NCBI RefSeq assembly: GCF_001194135.2
Contig: NC_068987.1
Span: 105,038,491 to 105,102,490, forward strand
Direction: 5' to 3'
Source: Octopus bimaculoides
Taxonomy: Eukaryota
DNA length: 64,000 nucleotides
Shown: positions 52,717 to 61,544 of the stretch, piece after piece
Layout of the letters: each line of letters begins with the position of its first letter
How positions within the stretch are numbered: position 1 is the stretch's first letter
Position numbers and translations under genes: made by a program
Notes under the pieces: model-generated
What the model was told of the DNA's origin: nothing
The model's database searches: none
Seen by the model: the letters and a program-made list of their open reading frames with translations, nothing else

Positions 52717-55700
52717 CGGTGTACAAATTTTTGCATAGTATAGCCATCAATGCCTAAACTGACAACACCACCAAGTTTGCTTGCTGAGCAGAGTGGGTTT
52801 TTTGACATCCTGTGACACAAAAAACAAGGCCTGTCAAAGCAGATGAACTCAGAAAAGTCAATAGCCATTCATTTATATGATATATCATCATCATCATCAA
52901 TATTTAACGTCCGCTTTCCATGCTAGCATGGGTTGGACGATTTAACTGAGGACTGGCAAACCAGATGGCTGCACCAGACTCCAATCTGATCTGGCAGAGT
53001 TTCTACAGCTGGATGCCCTTCCTAACGCCAACCACTCAGAGAGTGTAGTGGGTGCTTTTATGTGCCACTGGGACCAGTCTGGCGGTACTGCCAACGGCCA
53101 TGCTCAAATGGTGTTTATACATGCCACCTGCACAGGAGTCAGTCCAGCAGGTGGCACATAAAAATACTATTTGAGCATGGCCGTTGCCAGTACCGCCAGA
53201 CTGGTCCTCGTGCCGGTGGCACATGCGTAAATAAGTATTTATGTGTGTGTGTGCATATATATATATATATATATAAAAATGTATAAACAACTGACACATA
53301 TATATATATATATATACAATACTTTGATTAATAAAGTGATTGCCTTAATATTGTTATGTAAGACATTTTAATATCACTTTAGTTTATACCATTGAAACAA
53401 ACTTTAATTACATAAGAGCAGGATAAGAATAAGCAGGCTACTTACATAAACTTTTTTTGCAGCTTGAAACATCATAAAGACGAACACTTTCAGCGGAAGA
53501 CACAGCTAAAATACCCTCAGCAACTGGATTCCAAAGGACGTTTTCAATTTTTCTCTCTTCTGTACAAACAATTTGTGAATTCAAATTTAAAGAATTCTTC
53601 AGGTTTTTTGAACTAGAAGGCAACTGCCACAGCTTTACCTAATAAATTTAAAGGAATAAAAAAAATTCATTTAGAAATTATTACAAAACAACATAAAAGA
53701 ATGAGAACAAATAATACTGATATTTTACATGCATTGTTAGAACTAATGTTCCAAACAGACAACAATGGTCAGAGAAATGGAAATCCAATACTTTTACTGG
53801 TTTTCATCATTGGAGTGAGGCCATGCTGGGGTACTCAAGGACTGTAGTAAAACGTATCAGCCCCCCCACCCCTCTATTACTTAATTTAGTATGGTACTTA
53901 TTTTATCGATTCCTCTTTATCCAATGACAAAGTTACTTTGTAGCACATATGACACAACCTGATGCACCATTTTACATTGGTATACACACAGGGCTAGGTA
54001 AGCTCCATAGAGGCCCTAAGCACTTGAAAGATTTTGGTACCCCGTATATATGTAACTCAAAATATACACAATAATAAACCATAAAATATATTTCTATTTT
54101 TCAAAATGAAACAAAACCAACAGTAAGATGGAAAATAATGTTTATTTTTGCATACTTCGACTTTATTTTTATTTAAAAAGTTGCCTCACTATCAAACAAT
54201 GAAGACTTTGAAATTATATTCCCAAGTTTATAAACAACATTGAATATTATTTTAACAAATTTAAATTGATTTTTATGTGGTAAATCATTTACTATTTTTG
54301 TGGTGCCATGCCTTTCCTTGATTCCCTAAATACGTGCTTACCTTGCTTAATGGTTAACCTAGCACCGTATACACAGACATTCATATATATATACAATTGC
54401 AGCATGGAAGGTGTTTATAAGCCATTTAAGAAACACACAGAAACCATTACATTCACTTCAACATTTAAATTTAATTTGCCAAAATATTTTCGTCACTTTG
54501 AGACCATGACCTGTTCACTGCAACACGGAATTTTGTCAGTGAACAGGTCGCGATCTCAAAGCGATGAAAATATTTTGGCAAATTAAATCTAAATGTTGAA
54601 GTGAATCTAACAGCTTTTGTGTGTTTCTTAAATGGCTTATAAACACCTTCCACGCTGCAATTGTTTTCGTTCCAGCACACGATCTCAGATCAGGTCACTT
54701 GCTATGCAAGTACATCTCCGTAATAACATATATATATATATATATATATCAAGTTGTCAANNNNNNNNNNCCCGTTTTTTTGCTCTATCTAATCGTGTTA
54801 CTCTTTTTCTTTTTGAATAATTAGGCCATTTTTTTCTGGAATGTTGAATACAACATGGACAAAATGCAAATTCGCACAATTTTCTTATTCCAGTTCAAGC
54901 TAGGCCGAAAAGCTGCTAAAACAGCTCACAATATCAACGATGCATTTGGCCCAGGAACCACTAATGAACATACAGCACAATGGTGGTTCAAGAAATTTCG
55001 TAATGGTGACAAAAGTCTTGAAGATGATAAGCGTAGTGGTCGGCCATCAGATGTTGACAACAATCAACTAAGAGCTTTAGTCGAAGCCAATCCACGCACA
55101 ACTCTTCAAGAGCTTCCTTCTGAATTAGACGTAATGTATACGACAATTTCCAACCACTTGAAAGAGATTGGAAAAACAAAAATACTTGAGAAATAGGTGC
55201 CACACGAATTGAACGACAACCAAGAAAAAACGCCTTTTTGAAGTGTTGTCTTTCCTTCGTTTACGCAACATGAACGACCCGTTTCTCAACCGGATTGTGA
55301 CTTGCAACAAAAAGCGGATTCTTTACGACAACCGGCGACGCTCAGCTCAGTGGTTGGACGCCAACAAAGCTGCACGGCACTTCCCGAAGCCAAAGTTGCA
55401 CCAAAAGAAGGTCATGCTGACTGTTTGGTGGTCTGCGGCCGGTCTCATCCATCACAGCTTTTTGGGTCCAGGTGAAACCATTATGGTGGAGAAGTACTGT
55501 CAGCAAATGGATGGAATGCATAAGAAACTCCGACAATAGAAAAGGACCAATTAGTCAATAGAAAAGGACCAATTCTTCTCCACAACAACGCTTGGCTGCA
55601 CAACTGACCCTGCAGAAGTTGAACGAATTGGGTTACGAAACTCTGCCTCATCCGCCATATTCACCAGACCTCTCGCCTACCAACTACCACTTTTCAAGCA

Positions 55701-56238
55701 TCTCAACAACTTCCTGTGTGAGAGATGCTTCAAAAACCAAGACGATGCCAAACACGCCTTCAACGACTTTATCGCCACCAGAACGCAGGATTTTTATGCT
55801 ACTGGTATAAATAAACTTGTTTCGCGCTGGCAAAAGTGTGTTGATTCTGATGGTGTTTATTTCGATTAATAAAGTTTTGTTTGAGCCGAGATATGTGCAT
55901 TTGAATTTAACGGTTAAAAACTGCAAGAACTTTCTTGACAACCTAATATATATATATAAATATATATATAATTGTTAAAGAGGACAACAAACGTTACGGC
56001 AAGGCAAACATCTTTTTCCCAATATTGATAATGTATATGACTTGAGATGTTTGCCTTGCCTTAACGTTTGTTGTCCTCTCTAACAATCATATATCTGCTA
56101 TATCAGAAATCTGCAATGGCTCCATAACTACCGTCTGGGCTATAACTTTGGAGCCCTAGTAATCCATTACAGCACTTACCTAGAGTACCTAATTGTTTAG
56201 ATATCACCTGTGAACTAAACCCCCATACTTTGTGTGTG

Positions 56239-56318
<80 letters not shown>

Positions 56319-56973
56319 ACAGCCTCTGTACAGTTTGCATCTACCACATTCTGCCTACAAGGCATTGGTCAACTTCAGATTACAGTAAAAGATACTTCAC
56401 AGTAGGATCAAAACTTGAAGCCCCATGGATATGAAATAAACTTCTTAACTACATAACTCTACTTGAGCCTATGTCTATTTACAGTGAGAGACACTGAGAT
56501 AAAGAGTCATATAACCATGTAAGAGTACAAGGCAGTGCCAAAGTAGGATTTCGACATCTTTATATAGATTGCATTTTCTATAAGATTCATTTTCCAGATG
56601 TTGGTTTAGAATTCAGTGACTCATTTATACAGGATCTCATTGATTAGTAATTGATGAAAATAAATACATAATTGTTTAGCCTTGGTCAGCCCTAAATGAA
56701 CAGACATATATGATCAAAAGAATTTCAGCCTTGACTGTCTTAATTATACATGGATCACATCAAATGCATTCTTACTGTTTTGTTTTAAGATTGTAAAATG
56801 AGATCTGAGGGAATTTGGCTGCTATTTCTAGTAAGCAGTATGAGCATAAAAGGCTTGTTCATTAGCTCCTATGCAAATGTGTATGATGATGTAAGTAAAT
56901 AAGGATTGCCTTCTAATTCATTTCTTATACTATATTTGGCTTTCACTTCATAGTTGAATAATGTTTGCATTAA

Positions 56974-57043
<70 letters not shown>

Positions 57044-58572
57044 ACAAAAGATTCTCAAAATTACTAATGTATTTCTGGACAAATGTTTACTTCAATTTCA
57101 CTTACTTTTGGAGTTGTACTTGTCCAGCATGTTGAAACTAAACCAATTAAATAATAGAAGAACCATTTAAATAAACAAAAAAAACTGTTAAGTACACATT
57201 CTATTTATTTCCTGATGTGTCAAAATTTTCCTTGCACAACTGCAACAATATCACTGATGTAGTTCCATGAATCTAACCATTTCTGTATGTTCTTAGGTGG
57301 TTAAAATGACAATTCAATTATATTTGAGTAGCAATCTAATATACTCAACTGCCAAAAGAACAACTTTTTCATCACTAATCAGCATACTTTAGATTTTTCT
57401 CGTTAACCAAAACACAACCCAACCCATTATCTCCACTTTTCTAAGACTACTGATCCCAAAGATAACATTTAAAAAATGTTTCTTATCCAAGTTAAATATG
57501 CAGTGGAGATTATAATTATTTCACGAATATCTCATAGAATCTACAATTTTTCCACATAAGACAATTTTGGAATGGTTGAATTGTTGAATTCTTATTTCTT
57601 TATTGCCCACAAGGGGCTACACATAGAGGGGACAAACAAGGACAGACAAAGGGATTAAGTCGATTACATCGACCCCAGTGCATAACTGGTACTTAATTTA
57701 TCGACCCCGAAAGGATGTAAGGCAAAGTCGACCTCGGCGGAATTTGAACTCAGAACGTAACGGCAGATGAAATATCGCTAAGCATTTCGCCCGGTGTGCT
57801 AACGCTTCTGCCAGCTCGCTGCCTTGTTGAATTGTTGAATTCTAGTGAGTAAAACATTAACCACCACCTCATGAACAAAACATAAGGAAATGAAATTCAA
57901 GTGGAAACATGTGGTTTAGTGGTTAGGGTGTTGGACTCATGATCATAAGATTGTGGTTTCAATTCCTGGACCAGGTGATGCATTGTGTTCTTGAGCAAAA
58001 CACTTCATTTCATATTGCTCTAGTCCACTCAGCTGGAAAAATGAATACTCCAGTGACAGACTAGCATCCCATCTGGTAGGGCATATATATATATATATAT
58101 ATATANNNNNNNNNNNNNNNNNNNNNNNNNNNNNNNNNNNNNNNNNNNNNNNNNNNNNNNNNNNNNNNNNNNNNNNNNNNNNNNNNNNNNNNNNNNNNNN
58201 NNNNNNNNNNNNNNNNNNNNNNNNNNNNNNNNNNNNNNNNNNNNNNNNNNNNNNNNNNNNNNNNNNNNNNNNNNNNNNNNNNNNNNNNNNNNNNNNNNNN
58301 NNNNNNNNNNNNNNNNNNNNNNNNNNNNNNNNNNNNNNNNNNNNNNNNNNNNNNNNNNNNNNNNNNNNNNNNNNNNNNNNNNNNNNNNNNNNNNNNNNNN
58401 NNNNNNNNNNNNNNNNNNNNNNNNNNNNNNNNNNNNNNNNNNNNNNNNNNNNNNNNNNNNNNNNNNNNNNATATATCATTATCATCATCGTTTAACGTCT
58501 GCTTTCCATGCTAGCATGGGTTGGACGATTTGACTGAGGACTGGTGAAACCGGATGGCAACACCAGGCTCCA

Positions 58573-58603
<31 letters not shown>

Positions 58604-58885
58604 CCACAGAAAACAGGAAACTGGCCCTATGAGTCTAAATGATTCAGGAAGGAGTTTTATTCTGTACCCTTTAATTGAAGTTCATAATATATAATTACAC
58701 AAGAACCTTTGAAGTTGTTTCTATGTTTCTGCACTTGTGTGGCATTGAAATATCTACTTTATGTGTTGTTGATTGATTATTTAGAAAACAAAAAATAGTT
58801 TGGATGCAACTTACAGTGCAGTCATGTGATCCAGTAATTAAAAGATTATCATCAAATGGAGAGAAATCAAAGTCAGCAACATAAT
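20885..58885 (-). CDS. CORO7: Coronin-7 (tandem beta-propeller coronin, POD-1 family), 5'-partial, 23 coding exons, 1074 codons observed plus stop
   Basis: WD40/coronin motifs ([38 protein letters not shown]) in two tandem propellers and a C-terminal acidic EGVDSDEW motif. All introns are GT-AG with matching phases; exon lengths sum to 3224 nt. The N-terminal exons were not found in the window. Confidence 0.96.
21640..22465 (-). mobile_element. Stack of four family A SINEs separated by (TAA)n
   Basis: Repeated body gatgaaaggcaaagtcgacctc...atttgaactcagaa near 21750, 22010 and 22240, plus a truncated fourth copy. Confidence 0.85.
21834..21905. repeat. (TAA)n microsatellite
   Basis: Direct inspection. 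Confidence 0.95.
22567..22977. mobile_element. Tc2/Kanga-like MITE
   Basis: TA-flanked TIRs ccataaatcctcaagtatagtccgc / gcagattatactcatggatttacgg. Confidence 0.75.
23068..23154 (-). CDS. CORO7: CORO7 exon 22 ([29 protein letters not shown])
   Basis: 87 nt, conserved acidic and Trp C-terminal motif. Confidence 0.94.
23535..23930 (-). mobile_element. tRNA-derived SINE family B (CORE-like body, internal microsatellite)
   Basis: Head ggagtggctgtgtggtaagtagc...ggttcagtccc, then ttgggcatgtgtcttctactatagcctcgggc. Confidence 0.85.
25726..25876. mobile_element. hAT-type MITE (151 bp)
   Basis: Ends cagtggtg / tatgccattg; perfect 8-bp TSD tgcaagga (25718-25725, 25877-25884). Confidence 0.82.
26375..26530 (+). 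mobile_element. CR1/Jockey-type RT fragment
   Basis: Translates to ...[23 protein letters not shown] (YADD motif), preceded by a decayed PQGS-like box. Confidence 0.65.
27465..27998. repeat. (TA)n, assembly gap (N 27511-27872), (GA)n
   Basis: Direct inspection. Confidence 0.95.
28031..28122 (-). CDS. CORO7: CORO7 exon 21 ([31 protein letters not shown])
   Basis: 92 nt, phase 1 to 0. Confidence 0.92.
28270..28600 (+). mobile_element. RTE LINE C-terminal fragment
   Basis: ORF 28283-28579 contains [22 protein letters not shown], a typical RTE ORF2 end. Confidence 0.85.
28641..28849 (-). mobile_element. SINE family A (alternative tail)
   Basis: 16-bp TSD tagatttaaatatatt (28625-28640, 28850-28865). 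Confidence 0.88.
28886..29021 (-). CDS. CORO7: CORO7 exon 20 ([28 protein letters not shown]...SLKPGNMES)
   Basis: 136 nt, gtatgt donor. Confidence 0.95.
29125..29530 (-). mobile_element. Two tandem family A SINEs
   Basis: Same body motif twice, bounded by (TAA)n. Confidence 0.82.
29702..30072. repeat. 57-bp direct repeats (29702-29758, 30016-30072; one mismatch)
   Basis: taaattcaaattatgataaacgtaaacaaacaaacgaag(a/t)ttgcttttagaagcgtt. Confidence 0.93.
29873..29949 (-). pseudogene. tRNA-like sequence (probable tRNA pseudogene, anticodon ambiguous, Thr-TGT-like) with downstream T6
   Basis: Folds as a cloverleaf: acceptor GGTAGTT/AGCTGGC pairs 6/7, T8A9 present, anticodon stem CCGCG/CACGG, T-loop TTTGAGT; TTTTTT at 29859-29864. 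Confidence 0.6.
30378..30584 (-). CDS. CORO7: CORO7 exon 19 ([10 protein letters not shown]...[31 protein letters not shown])
   Basis: 207 nt, phase 0-0. Confidence 0.95.
31148..31286 (-). CDS. CORO7: CORO7 exon 18 ([10 protein letters not shown]...[17 protein letters not shown])
   Basis: 139 nt. Confidence 0.95.
31601..31812 (+). mobile_element. SINE family A
   Basis: Full head and body; flanked by near-identical aagaaatt(t)agatttaag repeats. Confidence 0.88.
32330..32640 (-). mobile_element. CR1-type LINE 3' fragment
   Basis: Minus-strand remnants resembling RR.RADL.. and TRGSRLK motifs. Confidence 0.45.
32729..32814 (-). CDS. CORO7: CORO7 exon 17 ([29 protein letters not shown])
   Basis: 86 nt, gtaagt donor. 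Confidence 0.95.
33364..33468 (-). CDS. CORO7: CORO7 exon 16 ([35 protein letters not shown])
   Basis: 105 nt, phase 0-0. Confidence 0.95.
34967..35109 (-). CDS. CORO7: CORO7 exon 15 ([33 protein letters not shown]...GHTSQ)
   Basis: 143 nt, WD40 repeat. Confidence 0.96.
35168..35620. mobile_element. Non-autonomous Tc1/mariner element with a nested retroposon fragment
   Basis: TA-flanked TIRs cagggtgatccgaaagt / acttttggaccaccctg; a family C piece lies at about 35280-35375. Confidence 0.8.
37572..37658 (-). CDS. CORO7: CORO7 exon 14 ([29 protein letters not shown])
   Basis: 87 nt, phase 1-1. Confidence 0.95.
38315..38710 (-). mobile_element. SINE family B
   Basis: Colinear with 23535-23930. 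Confidence 0.85.
39174..39478. mobile_element. Long palindromic MITE-like element
   Basis: Imperfect outer arms with a perfect 23-bp central hairpin at 39302-39353. Confidence 0.7.
39545..39653 (-). CDS. CORO7: CORO7 exon 13 ([36 protein letters not shown])
   Basis: 109 nt, gtatgt donor. Confidence 0.95.
40418..40596 (-). CDS. CORO7: CORO7 exon 12 ([11 protein letters not shown]...[30 protein letters not shown])
   Basis: 179 nt, start of the second coronin repeat. Confidence 0.94.
40611..42150 (-). mobile_element. 5'-truncated RTE-clade LINE (frameshifted RT ORF2)
   Basis: [72 protein letters not shown]; (CAT)n tail on the element strand. Confidence 0.93.
43348..43429 (-). CDS. CORO7: CORO7 exon 11 ([27 protein letters not shown])
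   Basis: 82 nt, gtaagt donor; supplies the phase 0 to 1 change needed between exons 10 and 12. Confidence 0.82.
44913..45764 (-). CDS. CORO7: CORO7 exon 10, 284-codon low-complexity S/E/N/K-rich inter-propeller linker
   Basis: Core of the 354-aa ORF 44760-45824; ttttccag acceptor, [11 protein letters not shown] start, gtaagt donor; 852 nt, phase 0-0. Confidence 0.9.
46623..46718 (-). CDS. CORO7: CORO7 exon 9 ([32 protein letters not shown])
   Basis: 96 nt, coronin signature region. Confidence 0.95.
46863..46989. mobile_element. 127-bp Tc1/mariner-type MITE
   Basis: TIRs agggtgtccacaaagtctgggta / tacccagactttgtggacaccct, flanked by TA. Confidence 0.88.
47024..47278. mobile_element. hAT-type MITE
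   Basis: TIRs caatgtttctcaa / ttgagaataactg; perfect 8-bp TSD agctaggt (47016-47023, 47279-47286). Confidence 0.88.
47375..47640 (+). mobile_element. tRNA-derived SINE family E (V-SINE-like motif), second copy at 57900-58080
   Basis: Shared ttgagcaaaacacttcatttca..ttgctct.gtccactcagct; cctgtgatggactgctgccctg motif is locally duplicated. Confidence 0.65.
48166..48308 (-). CDS. CORO7: CORO7 exon 8 ([30 protein letters not shown]...PYIVPRK)
   Basis: 143 nt, gtaagt donor. Confidence 0.95.
49084..49141 (-). CDS. CORO7: CORO7 exon 7 ([19 protein letters not shown])
   Basis: 58 nt, gttcgt donor, phase 0 to 1. Confidence 0.9.
50388..50442 (-). CDS. CORO7: CORO7 exon 6 ([18 protein letters not shown])
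   Basis: 55 nt, gtatgt donor. Confidence 0.94.
51011..51093 (-). CDS. CORO7: CORO7 exon 5 ([28 protein letters not shown])
   Basis: 83 nt, gtatgt donor. Confidence 0.93.
51390..51476 (-). CDS. CORO7: CORO7 exon 4 ([29 protein letters not shown])
   Basis: 87 nt, phase 0-0. Confidence 0.94.
52129..52253 (-). CDS. CORO7: CORO7 exon 3 ([42 protein letters not shown])
   Basis: 125 nt, CAG|gttcgt donor; an in-frame alternative donor would end the exon at 52138. Confidence 0.92.
52885..53225 (-). mobile_element. Family C retroposon with an internal inverted repeat
   Basis: (CAT)n tail at the left on +; arms 53071-53131 and 53147-53207. Confidence 0.8.
53446..53638 (-). CDS. CORO7: CORO7 exon 2 (VKLWQLP...[13 protein letters not shown]...CKKSL)
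   Basis: 193 nt, gtaagt donor. Confidence 0.94.
53989..54367. mobile_element. hAT-type MITE
   Basis: Ends cagggctagg / cctagcaccg; 8-bp TSD tatacaca (53981-53988, 54368-54375). Confidence 0.75.
54394..54725. mobile_element. Fold-back (palindromic) non-autonomous element between (TA)n tracts
   Basis: 127-bp arms 54394-54520 and 54537-54663 plus a unique 3' tail; relatives at 19902-19963 and 26591-26930. Confidence 0.8.
54749..55946 (+). mobile_element. Near-full-length Tc1/mariner (mariner-type, Hsmar1-like) DNA transposon, inactive
   Basis: TA-flanked TIRs: left tcaagttgtcaa then a 10-N gap, right ttgacaacctaa. Transposase remnants 54855-55869. Confidence 0.93.
54855..55869 (+). pseudogene. 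Mariner transposase pseudogene
   Basis: HTH region, (W to stop)VPHEL at 55194, [37 protein letters not shown]; one nonsense change and several frameshifts. Confidence 0.92.
56240..56316. repeat. (TA)n microsatellite
   Basis: Direct inspection. Confidence 0.95.
57593..57825 (-). mobile_element. tRNA-derived SINE family A, young copy
   Basis: A-box and B-box head (gagttcaaattcc); 18-bp TSD gttgaattgttgaattct (57575-57592, 57826-57843). Confidence 0.9.
58106..58470. other. Assembly gap (N run) flanked by (TA)n
   Basis: Direct inspection. Confidence 0.99.
58815..58885 (-). CDS. CORO7: CORO7 observed exon 1 ([24 protein letters not shown])
   Basis: tatag acceptor, gtaagt donor, 71 nt, phase 1 to 0. 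Confidence 0.95.
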
Positions 58886-59599
58886 CTATAAAAAAAAAAT
58901 TAAATAAAATACAATTATTGAGAAACAGAGGTGACAATGCGTGCAAAGCACTGAATGTGCAGAAACAACAGCTGGACTTAATAACAAGCAAATAAATGGA
59001 AAAACAGTCTTTACTTTGGATGTCAGATTAGAGAGATTATCCATGTCAGATTAATCTTTAGCTTCTTTTTGAAATTTCTATGCTTAAAGTTTATAATTTC
59101 AAAATTTTTATTACAATGTCATTAAACAAAATACTTTAGTTAAAAGTTAATTTAAAGAAAGCATTTAATTAGATAGTAATATAGAGGAAAAAATAACGGT
59201 GATAATAGTACCGAATTCATAATCTGAAAGCAAATAATAAATTGTTAATGGATGCAAAAGAAAAAAAGATTTGCTTTCTTGTATCCCAAACTAGAGAGAG
59301 TTGTGTTGTGTTGTGGGATGGTGTTGTTTTCGAAAATAGTTCTAGCACAGGGCTTGAAATTTTGGGGGAAGTGGGTAGCCAATAACATTGACCCCACTGT
59401 GCTCAACTGGTACTTATTTCATCAACCCGACAAAAAGGGCAATAAACCTCAGCAGAGTTTGAACTCAGAAGAAATATCACTAAGTAGGTTTCTTATAAGT
59501 AATGAAAGATGAAAAATACACATTAGCTTATAAGACAGAAGCATAGGCCTTTCTTAGATTTGCAGATTAGTTTGTTTCAACCATATAACCACTGATTCT

Positions 59600-59831
59600 T
59601 ATTTCTTTATTGCCCACAAGGGGCTAAACATAGAGGGGACAAACAAGGACAGACAAAGGTATTAAGTCGATTATATCGACCCAGTGCGTAACTGGTACTT
59701 AATTTATTGACCCCGAAAGGATGAAAGGCAAAGTCGACCTCGGCGGAATCTGAACTCAGAACCTAATGACAGACAAAATACCACTAAACATTTCGCCCGG
59801 CGTGCTACCGATTCTGCCAGCTCGCCGCCTT
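59600..59831 (-). mobile_element. SINE family A
   Basis: 17-bp TSD atataaccactgattct (59583-59599, 59832-59848). Confidence 0.9.
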
Positions 59832-61019
59832 ATATAACCACTGATTCTAAAAGACACTTGCTCTTATAAATAAATCCCACTGACAACCGCAGGTTAAGTA
59901 CTGAAGCATTATACAAGTTTGCTTCCATTGTTTCACAGTTGATCATCTTTTAATGCTTTCCAAGGTTGTATTAAGAAAATTAACTAATCAAAAGTTTCTA
60001 TAATAAAGCAATCAGAAGTCTTTTTTTATAACGAGGTAATCTAATGTTACATAGAAGCAATGTATGGGTTTTATAATAAAACCAAACTAATGAACTAATC
60101 TATGGGTGTTGTAAAGAACTAATCAAAGCTTATTATAGCTAATTAATCTAAATCTATGTATGCCACCCTGGCAGCTGAATACTGTTTTGACATCAATATG
60201 TCAACCTAATTTCTGTGTACCAAGAGTGTCATCTTACAGAATGTGTATCACACAGATATTACTATATTTTTCTACAGGCTGTGTATTATGCCAACATCAA
60301 TATGCCTTTTAAAAGATTATATCTCATAGGGGCATCCTTATGCTGTACAACCTAGGTCTCATGGATACCAATATGCCAATTTATCATCCAGCATGACTAT
60401 AAACATGCAGATTATTCTCTTACACAAACAAATACAATATCAAATGTACTTATCTCTAAATTAATCTAAGGTAAACAAGCAACTCTTCCCTGCCTCAATT
60501 TATCATCATCACCATCTTCATTATTGTTTTAACATGTGTTTTTCATTTCTGTATTGGCATGGGTCATGCAGACATCATCTCTTGCTTCAATCTTTTGTCA
60601 TTTCATCTGAGGACCAACTTCCTGAGATCTCAAATTACCAATTTTTCCCAAGTCTTCCTTAGTCTTCCTCTACTTATGTCAGCAAACAGCCTTTTTTCAG
60701 TCAACATTCATTTTCTATGCAAATCATGTTATTACTGAAATCCCATCAATGCATAAGTTCTAGAAGGCTCCCTCTCCTACCCATTCTTTGGACCTGATAT
60801 CATCTATAAAGAGGCTAGACTATCTCTGCAGATTCTCTTTATTGAAAATATATTTATTTGTTTTAGAATAAATGTACAATGAGAGACGTATATGGCATCT
60901 ATGTCTCAGCCATACAGAAAGGACAAAATGCAGACGTGTGTTCGGCTTTGTTGCTATAAGTGAGTAAAGGAAAGATACTTGTCGGCTCTGAGTTAGACTA
61001 GTTCAGTTCCAGTGTGCCA

Positions 61020-61330
61020 GAGTTGCATTTGATTGTTTGTGTAGATGTCTGGAGAAACAACGTTAAGTATTTTATTGAGAAGACAGTTTGTAAGCTATAT
61101 TCATAGTGTTGTTTATAGTATAGTATTGCTTGCAGGTTGTCTTTTGTTTGTTTGATTGTAACTTACGGTGTAGTTGTAATGGTGTACTTTTGGCCATGAA
61201 AATGTTGGCTGTTTTTTTATCTTTTTGCATTTAGATGTAGAGGATTATGGTTGTTTATAGTGAGTGTAAAAAAAGTGTTATGGGTTTAATGGTGGCTGAT
61301 TAAGTTCTGATGTGCTCCATTTGTGGTGTA
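61020..61330 (-). mobile_element. Penelope-like GIY-YIG C-terminal remnant
   Basis: Frameshifted YI*MQKDKK, SYNQTNKR and LLNKILNVVS pieces in the expected order. Confidence 0.5.
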
Positions 61331-61544
61331 TGTCTAGTGGGAGAACATGTGTCACATTGTGTAAACTATTTTATGTTCAAACCAACCGGATCCAGCTTCT
61401 TACACCTACCCTATGATGTCATTCTAAAAAACAAATATTAGTGGTAATGTTATCACATCATCAAAATATTTTAGAGCTGTGAGATAATGCATGACAAATT
61501 CAAAACAATGTGAATGAATAAGCATTACATCTGACAAAGGTGGA

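Noticed and set aside
57943-58488. 181-aa ORF
   Set aside because: Spans the N gap; artefact.
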